Part shown: positions 6,839 through 16,417 of the stretch, in pieces | Layout: every line of letters begins with the position of its first letter | Position numbering within the stretch: position 1 is the stretch's first letter | DNA from: an uncultured Candidatus Saccharibacteria bacterium | GTDB lineage: Bacteria; Patescibacteriota; Saccharimonadia; Saccharimonadales; 2-12-FULL-41-12 | Reading direction: 5' to 3' | NCBI GenBank assembly: GCA_964540445.1 | Contig: CAZIMF010000006.1 | Location: 1-24,000 of the forward strand | DNA: 24,000 nucleotides | Program-made: the position numbers and the translations under genes | Notes under the pieces: generated by a model | The model's database searches: none | Told to the model about the DNA's origin: nothing | What the model saw: only the letters and a program-made list of their open reading frames with translations

Positions 6839-7720
6839 ATGCCAATTATTGAGTTAAAAGACGTCAGTAAACTGTACGGCTTCGGCGATGCAACTACCAT
6901 TGCGCTCGAGGAAGTTAGTTTAAGCGTGGAAAAAGGTGAATTTGTGGCAATTATGGGCCCCAGCGGATCGGGCAAATCTACTCTTATGAATGTTATTGGT
7001 ATGCTAGACCGCCCAACGCACGGGGTATATCGCCTTGATGGCCGATCGGTGGAACGCTTACGGGCAAACGGCCGTGCCAAGGCACGCCGCGATAAAATTG
7101 GCTTTGTGTTTCAATCATCCAGTCTTATCGCTCGCTTAACAACGCTCGATAATGTTGCCCTGCCCCTCGCCTACAAAGGTAAGCGGGCTGGCAAGCGCAA
7201 TAAGCTTGCCCATGCCATGCTAGAGCGCGTCGGATTGAGTAATCGTGCATATTTCCTTCCTCATCAGTTGAGCGGGGGCCAGGTACAGCGAGCCACTATT
7301 GCCCGGGCACTTATTAATGAACCAAAAATCTTAATTGCCGATGAGCCGACTGGCAATCTCGATAGTGCTTCTTCTCGCTTAGTTATGGAATTGCTTAACG
7401 AAGTGCATCGTATGGGTAACACAATTCTAATGGTCACACATAATCCTGAACTAACTCGCTATGCCACTCGAGTGCTGTATATGTATGACGGTACAATCGT
7501 GCGCGACGAAAAAACTAAATTTGGCGAAGTAGCTAAAAGTGCCGAGCAAACGGTTGTTTTTGTCCCCAAAGATATTGACGAAGAAGAGCTAGCAGGCGTT
7601 TCGGCAATTATCAGTCACATTCCAAAACACGGCGATGATAAGCCGCGGATACGTAAAAGGACAGTCAAGAAAAAAGCCCGTCTACCAGTTAAACGTGCGC
7701 CTCGGAGAGCTAAGAAATGA
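6839..7720 (+). CDS. ABC transporter ATP-binding protein, MacB/LolD/FtsE-like, with a basic C-terminal tail
   Basis: Walker A GPSGSGKST, signature LSGGQ, Walker B ILIADEPT, H-loop VTHN. About 65 extra C-terminal residues end in KPRIRKRTVKKKARLPVKRAPRRAKK. Confidence 0.9.
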   Translation: MPIIELKDVSKLYGFGDATTIALEEVSLSVEKGEFVAIMGPSGSGKSTLMNVIGMLDRPTHGVYRLDGRSVERLRANGRAKARRDKIGFVFQSSSLIARLTTLDNVALPLAYKGKRAGKRNKLAHAMLERVGLSNRAYFLPHQLSGGQVQRATIARALINEPKILIADEPTGNLDSASSRLVMELLNEVHRMGNTILMVTHNPELTRYATRVLYMYDGTIVRDEKTKFGEVAKSAEQTVVFVPKDIDEEELAGVSAIISHIPKHGDDKPRIRKRTVKKKARLPVKRAPRRAKK

Positions 7721-8946
7721 TTTTTTCAGAATATATTCGTGTTGCCCTTGCCTCCATTCGGGCTGCTCGGTTTCGTAGTTTTCTTACTATGTTTGGAATT
7801 ATTATTGGTGTTGTAAGTGTTATTACCACGGTTAGTCTGGGCGAAGGCGTCAAGCATCAGATTTCAGGGCAAACCAATATTGTGGGCAATGATTTAGTCA
7901 CTGTTCGACCGGGTTCACTGGTTAAGCGTGATGGTGACGGTAAAATAACAGGCGTTAATATTCTGTCATTTTTATCATCAAGTAAAATTAGCGACAAAGA
8001 CTTGCAATCAATCCGTCAAAATCCTTCGGTTGAAACTGCTGTGCCGCTGAGTATTATTGGCGGCAGTGCTAGCGAGAACGACACTCATTTTAATGACGGC
8101 TTCATCGTTGCTACTTCCGAAAACCTTCCTGAAGTTCTTAACCATCAAATTGAATTTGGTAATTTTTTCAAAGAGAGTGACAAGACTCGTAAGGTTGCCG
8201 TAATTGGCGTGGGTATTGCCGAAAATTTGTTTAAAGAAAATGTTCCGATAGGTAAGACTTTTCAGGTTAGAGGCGAAGATTATATTGTTGGCGGAGTGTT
8301 TGAGCGCTTTCCTGCAAATCCCCTCAGTCCCGAGGCAGACTTTAACAACGGGGTATTTATCCCCTACGAGACAGGTAAGCAGCTACTTGGCACGGATCTA
8401 AATATTTACCAAGTGCTGGTTCGGCCAAAAGACAAGAATCAAATAGATCCAGCGAGCGCTGCCATTACCGCTAGCCTAAAAGAGAATCATCAAGGCCAAG
8501 AAGATTTTACTGTTTTACGCCAAGATGAGATGGCAACCCTTGCCGATAGCGTACTGGGGCTTATCACAAAAACAGTGACAATCATGGCTGCTATTTCCCT
8601 CTTTGTTGGGGGCATTGGCATTATGAACGTTATGCTAGTATCGGTTACCGAAAGAACTCGTGAAATCGGCATCAGAAAAGCGGTTGGTGCTACCAATCGG
8701 CAAATTCGGGCTCAGTTCTTGGTCGAAGCTATGGTTATTTCGGTGTGGGGTGCATTAGTCGGTGTATTCTTGGCAGGTTTTGCAAATTTGATGTTCAGGG
8801 TACTTACTGATATCGAACCAATTATTACCTGGCAATCGGTTTGTATAACAGCGGGTGTTGCTATCGCGATCGGTATCTTGTTCGGCATGATTCCGGCCAT
8901 ACAAGCGTCACGGAAAGATCCAATTGTGGCATTGCGTTCACAGTAG
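7717..8946 (+). CDS. ABC transporter permease, MacB-like (MacB periplasmic domain plus FtsX domain)
   Basis: 409 aa. One N-terminal TM, a large extracytoplasmic domain, and a C-terminal FtsX-type three-TM bundle containing ERTREIGIRKAVGA. 4-nt overlap with the ATPase gene. Confidence 0.88.
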   Translation: MIFSEYIRVALASIRAARFRSFLTMFGIIIGVVSVITTVSLGEGVKHQISGQTNIVGNDLVTVRPGSLVKRDGDGKITGVNILSFLSSSKISDKDLQSIRQNPSVETAVPLSIIGGSASENDTHFNDGFIVATSENLPEVLNHQIEFGNFFKESDKTRKVAVIGVGIAENLFKENVPIGKTFQVRGEDYIVGGVFERFPANPLSPEADFNNGVFIPYETGKQLLGTDLNIYQVLVRPKDKNQIDPASAAITASLKENHQGQEDFTVLRQDEMATLADSVLGLITKTVTIMAAISLFVGGIGIMNVMLVSVTERTREIGIRKAVGATNRQIRAQFLVEAMVISVWGALVGVFLAGFANLMFRVLTDIEPIITWQSVCITAGVAIAIGILFGMIPAIQASRKDPIVALRSQ

Positions 8947-8951
8947 CTTCT

Positions 8952-9386
8952 ATGAAAATTCTTTGCGTCGCTGTGGGTAAAAAACATGACCAAAACCTAG
9001 CAGCTGCTATTGCCGAGTATGAAAAACGGCTGACTAATTTTAGTTGGCAACTTATCCCGTCTTCAGATAAAACTCAAGAGTCGCAGTCTATTATAAATCA
9101 ACTTAAAGAAGACGACATAGTAATTCTACTTGATGAGCGCGGTAAAATGTGGGGCAATGAACGCTTAGCGTATGCTCTTGAAACACTCCAGAATCGTTCA
9201 ACGAAACGGCTGGTATTTATTATTGGTGGTGCATATGGCGTTGACGCAAATGTGCAACAACGTAGTAGTTACATTTTGGCTTTGTCTCCTCTAGTCTTCC
9301 CGCACCAAATAGTGAGACTATTATTGGTTGAGCAACTGTACCGAACATTCAGTATTCTTGCTGACGGCAAATATCACCACCAGTAG
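8952..9386 (+). CDS. rlmH: 23S rRNA (pseudouridine1915-N3)-methyltransferase RlmH (SPOUT family)
   Basis: Starts MKILCVAVGKK. The C-terminus LSPLVFPHQIVRLLLVEQLYRTFSILADGKYHH matches the RlmH signature. The track start at 8841 overlaps the permease gene. Confidence 0.85.
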   Translation: MKILCVAVGKKHDQNLAAAIAEYEKRLTNFSWQLIPSSDKTQESQSIINQLKEDDIVILLDERGKMWGNERLAYALETLQNRSTKRLVFIIGGAYGVDANVQQRSSYILALSPLVFPHQIVRLLLVEQLYRTFSILADGKYHHQ

Positions 9387-9387
9387 A

Positions 9388-12243
9388 TTATTGAGCTTTG
9401 CGGTGCTGTTGTCTGTAGACAGCAATAGCTGCGCCGGAGGCGAATGGTGCAATTATACCAAGTGCTGGGTGTAGTTTACTTAGTCCAACAACAAGCGCAA
9501 TAGTTAGTACAATCCAGAGAATACCAGTGCGTCGATTGATGTGGCTGCGCAAATACTCGGCTCCCAGATAGTAGTATGGGAAAACAGTAACGACTAAGAA
9601 TGTGCTTGATAGAAGCCCACAAATTAAAACGATTGCCAAACCTTCCCAGAATGGACTGGTAACAGCCAGTGGAATAAGTGACACCACGGCGGTGAGACTA
9701 GTCGCAATCAACGGTCGGAAACGCTCGGCCAAAGCTTCGTGAGCTGCATCAATTGCGTTTTTACCAGCCCTGCGTGACTGATTAGCATAGTCGGTTAATA
9801 GAATCGTATTCTTGATGCTTAGGCCGATTAGAGCAAAGAAGCCAAGCATGGAGAAGAAACTGAAGGGATTGTCGCTTAGGTAGAGACCAAGTGTTATGCC
9901 GAACAGGCTGAACGGAATAGCCATGAAGATGAGCAGTGGCTGCAGCATGCTCTTAAACTGGAAGGCTAGTAACACATAAATTGCAACCAGTAAGAATGGG
10001 AATGCAATTGCCAGGGTTTTAAAGCTATCTTGGTTTTCAGCTTCTTGTCCAAAGTCAAAACTGAGTGCATTTTGATCGACACCGTATGAGGCAACCCGGT
10101 CTTTTGGAAATTCTTTTTCAACGGCCGCCTGCGCAATGGTCACCAATGCACTTGTGTCATCATCGACAAATTGTGCTCCAGCCTGGATGTATTGTTTGTT
10201 ATCGTCACGGGTATATATGTTTGGATCAGGGGGAGTAACGCTGTCAATTTTAGCGACAGATCCATCGGTTCGTTTAAGCTCAGCAGTTTTTAGGAATCCG
10301 GCAATGTCGGTCGCTAAGCGGGTTGACCCTTCCCTGTTTTGACTTGAGTCAACACGCGCCACGAAAGCGGATGTTGGGGGTCCGTTACCAATCTGACCGG
10401 CTTTAACGGTAGCCTCTGTGTAGCCTTTGAGTTTTTCGTTCAATTGATCGACAATTTGGGGTGCTTTATCTTGGCGGTCTTTATAGTCGATAATATCAAT
10501 GCTTAGCATTGCGCTCTGAACATTTCCGGTGCCGTAATAATCGGCTTTAACCAAGTTAGGACCAAGACTGTCGGAAACAATTTTGTCGACATCATCAGTT
10601 ACCTGTTCGGCTTTATTAATGTCGGTGCCTGGTGCAAATGTTATAGCTACGCTTAGTTGATTGCTGTCTTTATCTGTCGGGAAAATACTAAATTTTACCG
10701 AGCGGAAGATATACCCCCCGGCTCCGATGAAGCCTAAGCCTATAAAGACAGCAGTTATACCGACAATGAAGAGTTTCTTTTTTGAATGTTGGGCCCACAG
10801 CATTGGGGCAGACAAAAAGCGGGCAATGCGTGCTTCGATAGCTGCTGCCGGTTCATGAACATTTTCTTTACCAAGTTGACCCTTGCCCAACAGTAAGAAG
10901 CGTGAGAAAAATGGTATGAACACTAATGCAACAAATAAACTTGATATAAGCGCGGCGATGATAGTCACCGGTATGGCTCGGATAAAGCTACCAAGTATAC
11001 CGCCAACAAACAACAATGGAGCAAAACTTAAAGCGGCAGTAGAAGTTGCCGCAATCATGGCCTGGCCTACTTTGCCAGTTGCAACCTTAACGACTTCTTT
11101 GGGATCTTTGAGTTTACGGCGTTGAGCATCAATTGCTTCAACCATAATAATGGTGTCATCAACAATTAGAGAAAGACCAAGCACAAGACCAAACAGAGTG
11201 ATGGTATTAAGACTGTAACCAAATATATAAAGCAGCCCATTAACGATAGCAATAACAGTAACCATTGAAATAACGGTGATTATTGATGCTCGAATAGCAA
11301 TAACGATTGAACCAATCACCAGGACAGCCAGTAAGCCTTCAAATAAGGTCGATTGAAGCTCATTAACCTGCATGTTGATGGATGGAGCATTGCTGGCACT
11401 AATTTCGGCGTGGTAGCCACTAAATTGGCTCTGATTGGCTATTGTGGCAACAGCTGACCGAACTTGCTTATCCAGCTCAAGTTCATCAGCCCCATCTTTG
11501 GCATTAACCCCAATAACAATCGAATTGTGAAAGTTATTGTTATTATTTTCGTCTCGTTTGCCGAAGCGGTCGAAACTCTTCTGGGTTGCCTCAGATAAAC
11601 CGGTGGCAGGGTTTATTGCAGTTTCATAGGGATTAATAATGGACACATCTTCTACTAGTGATAAGTTCTGAGACTTAATGAAATTAGCTGCATCCATCGC
11701 CTTTGCGGCTAAATCAGTAGTACCTATTGCATTATCGCTTGCGTAAAACGAGATAACTAAGCTATCACCGCGATCAGTAAAACCAAATTTAAATGCCTCA
11801 AGTTTGCCAGTGGCTTGCTCGGGAAGAATATGTTGTTGATCCATTTCTTTTTGAAGTTCGGCACTACGAGTCTCGGCGTTAACATTGTCGTTATAGGCAA
11901 CGGTAGCAACAAAGAAATTATTAAAACTTTGTGCTTGAACGGTCTTAACCCCTTCTTGCTTCAGGAGAAACTCGCTTAATGGTTTTGCTGCGTCACTGTC
12001 GACTTTTGCCGGATCGTTAACCAGGTATGTTCCTTTTGTGATTGCGAATGGAGTCTCAATTGCCGGAAAGCCTTCTCGTTTTAGCAGTGTTGTAAAGCTC
12101 AATGCGCCAAATAAGGCAATAACAAGCCAGATGATGGCAGTTTTACGAGGTCGTAAAAAGAAAAACAAACTTAGGCGTTGGAAACGGCTCAGTTTAGGTG
12201 ACTTGTGGATCGGTGACGTTTTTGATTTACGCTTAAGCGACAT
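9388..12243 (-). CDS. RND-family efflux transporter permease (AcrB/AcrD/AcrF type)
   Basis: 951 aa. Twelve-TM, two-large-loop architecture with typical RND TM4/TM10 regions. SD ACGGAG upstream. No membrane-fusion or outer-membrane partner gene is adjacent. Confidence 0.85.
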   Translation of the reverse strand: MSLKRKSKTSPIHKSPKLSRFQRLSLFFFLRPRKTAIIWLVIALFGALSFTTLLKREGFPAIETPFAITKGTYLVNDPAKVDSDAAKPLSEFLLKQEGVKTVQAQSFNNFFVATVAYNDNVNAETRSAELQKEMDQQHILPEQATGKLEAFKFGFTDRGDSLVISFYASDNAIGTTDLAAKAMDAANFIKSQNLSLVEDVSIINPYETAINPATGLSEATQKSFDRFGKRDENNNNNFHNSIVIGVNAKDGADELELDKQVRSAVATIANQSQFSGYHAEISASNAPSINMQVNELQSTLFEGLLAVLVIGSIVIAIRASIITVISMVTVIAIVNGLLYIFGYSLNTITLFGLVLGLSLIVDDTIIMVEAIDAQRRKLKDPKEVVKVATGKVGQAMIAATSTAALSFAPLLFVGGILGSFIRAIPVTIIAALISSLFVALVFIPFFSRFLLLGKGQLGKENVHEPAAAIEARIARFLSAPMLWAQHSKKKLFIVGITAVFIGLGFIGAGGYIFRSVKFSIFPTDKDSNQLSVAITFAPGTDINKAEQVTDDVDKIVSDSLGPNLVKADYYGTGNVQSAMLSIDIIDYKDRQDKAPQIVDQLNEKLKGYTEATVKAGQIGNGPPTSAFVARVDSSQNREGSTRLATDIAGFLKTAELKRTDGSVAKIDSVTPPDPNIYTRDDNKQYIQAGAQFVDDDTSALVTIAQAAVEKEFPKDRVASYGVDQNALSFDFGQEAENQDSFKTLAIAFPFLLVAIYVLLAFQFKSMLQPLLIFMAIPFSLFGITLGLYLSDNPFSFFSMLGFFALIGLSIKNTILLTDYANQSRRAGKNAIDAAHEALAERFRPLIATSLTAVVSLIPLAVTSPFWEGLAIVLICGLLSSTFLVVTVFPYYYLGAEYLRSHINRRTGILWIVLTIALVVGLSKLHPALGIIAPFASGAAIAVYRQQHRKAQ

Positions 12244-12312
12244 AGTGTACTCCGTTACGGCGGTTTATACCCTCAGCATACTGATCAACAGTTACTGTAG
12301 TCAAGCAATTGC

Positions 12313-13521
<1,209 letters not shown>

Positions 13522-13525
13522 TTAC

Positions 13526-13537
13526 TTAATAATACCA
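13526..13537 (-). promoter_or_regulatory. Extended -10 region upstream of tgt (leaderless or very short leader)
   Basis: The - strand reads TGGTATTATTAA. TATTAA lies 7 nt, or TGgTATTAT 10 nt, upstream of ATG (13518). No SD. Confidence 0.4.
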
Positions 13538-13568
13538 TTGTGTTCCCTGAAGGTAACCGCTAGGTTCA

Positions 13569-13592
13569 TTTGTGTAATAAATATTACACAAA
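13569..13592. promoter_or_regulatory. 24-bp near-perfect palindrome in the divergent tgt / histidine-kinase intergenic region; candidate operator
   Basis: TTTGTGTAATA-AA-TATTACACAAA, with 11-bp perfect arms. It lies about 20 nt upstream of a TATACT box (13610-13615) on the kinase side. Confidence 0.4.
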
Positions 13593-13631
13593 ACTAGTTT
13601 AAAACACCTTATACTACTGTGTCGGTGATCT

Positions 13632-15470
13632 GTGCTGTCTGCTATCCTAAACTGGAAGAGCACTAATAATTTGGTACGAATGAACATATCCGCCCTATAT
13701 AAACGCTATGCCCAGGCTATTCCGGGCATTAAAAGCTATGTATTAGCCAGTATATTTTTATTTATACTGGGAATAGTTATTACTACGTTGGCTTGGTATG
13801 TTGAACGACAGCGGGTTGATGCGCAAAAAAATCGGCAATTAACAGAACAAGCTTTCTCGCTTGAATCGAGCATTACCAATCGTCTTGACGCCTATGCTCA
13901 GATACTACGCGGTGCAAGTGGGCTGTTTAGCGCTTCAGACTTAGTAACAAAAGATGACTGGCGGCGCTACATCCAGGAATATAATCTATCAACTACGTAT
14001 CCGGGAATAAATTCGGTTACCTACATTCAGGTTGTCCCTGCAGCTTTACTGCCTGGCTTTATAGAGAGCGGACGAGCGCAAATTACACCCACCTTCATCG
14101 TGTACCCCGAGGGCTCGCGTGATGTGTATGCGCCAGTGACATATGTTGAGCCGCTAAATAAAGCAACTGAGTCAACGCTTGGCTTCGATATCTTGACTGA
14201 TCCGTCACGCTCTAAGCTTGCTGGAAAAGTACGAGATTCGGGTGCGGTAGGTGTTTCTGAAAAACTTACCCTCTTGAGTGATCGTGGAACGGCCAACGAC
14301 TCAAGCTTTAATATGTATACTGCGCTTTATAAAAAAGATACAAAACCACGAACCGTTGATGAACGGCGGCAAAACCTTGCTGGCTACATTGTGGCGGCTT
14401 CTCGCGCTCAAGATTTTTTTGATCAAGTTATCGATAAATCAACTTTTACGGCCTACACCGATGTGCAGGTTTTTGATGGAACAACCACCGACCCCGGTGC
14501 GCTTCTTTATCGTTCCGAAAATTTTAAAAATCTAGATCAAAATCATCTGAGCCAAACGTTTATTTCAAAAGTATTTGATCGCACTTGGACATTCCAGTTC
14601 GCAGGGCCAATCAATAATAATAGCGAAGACAGCCAGCGCGCTACAATGATATTAATTGGTGGGGCAACCATTAGCGTTGCTATTGCCGGATTTTTATTTC
14701 TCATAATGTTAACTCGTGCCCGTGCCATCGTATATAGCAAGCAGTACGAGACTCAGCAAGCAAAAGATGACTTATTGTCGCTGGCTTCACACCAACTTCG
14801 AACACCAGCCACAGCCGTTAAACAGTACCTGGGGATGATACTCGAAGGCTACACCGGTAAAGTAGATAAAAAGCAACTACCTGCTCTTCAAAAGGCCTAT
14901 GCTAGCAATGAACGCCAACTCGATACTATTAACCAAATCCTATATGTTGCAAAAGCCGATGCCGGTCGTTTAAGCATTAGTCGCCATTTATTTGACTTGA
15001 ATATGTTAGTTGACGACATTGTTCTTGATTTAAGCGATACGCTTGAAGAAAACGATCAATCCATTGTGTTTGAACGATCTCGCAGAAAGATAAAAGTTAA
15101 TGCTGACGAGTCAAGTATTCGTATGGTTGTCGAAAATCTTATTTCGAATGCCGGTAAATATAGCTACGAAGGCGGTCAAATAGTGGTAAAAACTGGCATT
15201 CGAGGCGAAGAAGTATTTGTATCGGTAACCGACCGTGGGGTTGGTATCGCTCCAGAAGATTTTGACAAACTATTTAAGAAATTCTCGCGAATTGATAATG
15301 ATCTTTCCCTGCAAGTTGGCGGTAGTGGCATTGGGCTGTACGTTGATAAAATGCTTATTGCGCTGCACGGCGGGAGGATTGATGTTATTAGTGAACCGGG
15401 TGTCGGCTCAACATTTACAATCTACCTCCCTAGGAATGGAGCGAATAATCATACAGTGAAAGGCAAGTGA
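13632..15470 (+). CDS. Sensor histidine kinase with an extracytoplasmic CHASE-like domain
   Basis: Two TM segments flank a domain of about 280 aa with a CHASE-like pattern (VYAPVTYVEPLNKATESTLGFDILTDPSRS..VRDSG). H-box SHQLRTPATAVKQYL. HATPase_c N/G boxes (NLISNAGKY, DRGVGI, GGSGIGL). Start is GTG 13632 or ATG 13680. Confidence 0.85.
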   Translation: MLSAILNWKSTNNLVRMNISALYKRYAQAIPGIKSYVLASIFLFILGIVITTLAWYVERQRVDAQKNRQLTEQAFSLESSITNRLDAYAQILRGASGLFSASDLVTKDDWRRYIQEYNLSTTYPGINSVTYIQVVPAALLPGFIESGRAQITPTFIVYPEGSRDVYAPVTYVEPLNKATESTLGFDILTDPSRSKLAGKVRDSGAVGVSEKLTLLSDRGTANDSSFNMYTALYKKDTKPRTVDERRQNLAGYIVAASRAQDFFDQVIDKSTFTAYTDVQVFDGTTTDPGALLYRSENFKNLDQNHLSQTFISKVFDRTWTFQFAGPINNNSEDSQRATMILIGGATISVAIAGFLFLIMLTRARAIVYSKQYETQQAKDDLLSLASHQLRTPATAVKQYLGMILEGYTGKVDKKQLPALQKAYASNERQLDTINQILYVAKADAGRLSISRHLFDLNMLVDDIVLDLSDTLEENDQSIVFERSRRKIKVNADESSIRMVVENLISNAGKYSYEGGQIVVKTGIRGEEVFVSVTDRGVGIAPEDFDKLFKKFSRIDNDLSLQVGGSGIGLYVDKMLIALHGGRIDVISEPGVGSTFTIYLPRNGANNHTVKGK

Positions 15471-15540
15471 ATGCTGTATTATAAATTAATTGACAATAGT
15501 TAAGTTAATAGAGAAACTACTTTAGAGGACATATACCCTG

Positions 15541-15924
15541 ATGAATAAACCCCAAAAAGCCCAAGTACTAATTGTTGAAGACGAAGTATTACTGAATGAA
15601 GCATACGAAACAGTATTAACTCACGAAGGCTACCAAGTTTTCAAAGCCTTTAACGGCGAAGAAGCTTTAGAGATTCTAAAGAAACATACACCAGACTTAA
15701 TTCTACTTGACCTTCGAATGCCCAAAATGGATGGCCTTACTTTCCTTGCAGAACTTCAGAAAAAAGATCATCCTAATTACAAGATTATTGTCTTTAGTAA
15801 TTACGACGTTCAAAAAGACATCGACAGTTCGTTTGATCTGGGCGCAACTCATTACGTGCTCAAAGCCTACGCATCCCCCAAAGAGCTGGTACGCATAGTC
15901 CGAAACAGCCTTATCGACGAATAA
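15541..15924 (+). CDS. Single-domain (CheY-like, receiver-only) response regulator
   Basis: 127 aa. VEDE acidic pocket, phospho-acceptor context LILLDLRMPKMDG, and a conserved Lys in YVLKA. No output domain. Confidence 0.88.
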   Translation: MNKPQKAQVLIVEDEVLLNEAYETVLTHEGYQVFKAFNGEEALEILKKHTPDLILLDLRMPKMDGLTFLAELQKKDHPNYKIIVFSNYDVQKDIDSSFDLGATHYVLKAYASPKELVRIVRNSLIDE

Positions 15925-16019
15925 AGATCGTCCAATTTACATTTAGTGACACAGAAACCGCCTACCGAGCGGTTTCTTGTTGCAGATAGCAAAGTCACTA
16001 AATGTAAGTTGGACGATCT
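15925..16019. repeat. Nested-hairpin element, copy A (three-helix structure)
   Basis: Outer 26-bp stem 15925-15950 / 15994-16019, with one T-G wobble when read as + strand RNA. Inner hairpin AGAAACCGC-CTACCGA-GCGGTTTCT (15953-15977). Second small hairpin TTGC-AGATA-GCAA (15980-15992). The element starts 1 nt after the response-regulator stop and overlaps the DUF1653 stop codon. Confidence 0.75.
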
Positions 16020-16287
16020 ACCGGCCAAGCAGAGTAAACCGATTAACTGTTTGGTCTTTGTATTTAATCGTACTTTGCCAGATATGTAGTGGTCTAACGA
16101 ACGTTAACTTGCTCCCATATTGAGCCTGATATACTACGCTAACTCCGTTATCAGCTTCGTTAATTACTAGGTTAATCACTCGGTATGTTTGGCCAGGATT
16201 TTTATAGTGAGAATATAGTTCACCTACCATAACGTGCCGTGCTGCATCATCCAATTTACCTTTAAGAATATTCTCTGATTGGTGCAT
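16018..16287 (-). CDS. DUF1653-family small protein
   Basis: 89 aa. The pattern YSHYKNPGQTYRVINLV..E....VVYQAQYG....FVRPL..W...........RF resembles the DUF1653 family consensus. Confidence 0.65.
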   Translation of the reverse strand: MHQSENILKGKLDDAARHVMVGELYSHYKNPGQTYRVINLVINEADNGVSVVYQAQYGSKLTFVRPLHIWQSTIKYKDQTVNRFTLLGR

Positions 16288-16293
16288 ATCGCT

Positions 16294-16302
16294 ATTGTAC
16301 CA
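16294..16302 (-). promoter_or_regulatory. Extended -10 box placed for a leaderless DUF1653 mRNA
   Basis: On the - strand: TGgTACAAT, 6 nt (AGCGAT), ATG (16287). No SD. Confidence 0.5.
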
Positions 16303-16326
16303 ACTACTGAATCTTAACGAGGTAAG

Positions 16327-16417
16327 TTTTTGTACTTTAAATAGATAGACACAGAAATTGTCTACCGAACAATTTCTTGCGCAATCTAAGCGAGTCTATC
16401 TATTTAAAGTACAAAAA
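16327..16417. repeat. Nested-hairpin element, copy B (same architecture as copy A)
   Basis: Perfect 24-bp outer stem 16327-16350 / 16394-16417. Inner hairpin AGAAATTGT-CTACCGA-ACAATTTCT (16353-16377). Second small hairpin CGC-AATCTAA-GCG (16380-16392). It ends 1 nt before the crp-family stop codon. Confidence 0.75.

Noticed and set aside
6839-12243. MacB ABC pair plus RND pump as a tripartite efflux system
   Set aside because: No membrane-fusion (HlyD/AcrA-like) or outer-membrane factor gene lies between or beside them. rlmH separates them and they are on opposite strands, so they are treated as independent transporters.
15925-16417. Integron gene cassette (DUF1653 ORF flanked by attC-like imperfect palindromes)
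   Set aside because: Copy A's right arm does contain GTTGGAC (fits GTTRRRY), with GTCCAAT opposite. Copy B has no GTTRRRY/RYYYAAC core. No intI or attI is in the window, and the ORF has its own promoter. The idea is kept only as a remote alternative.
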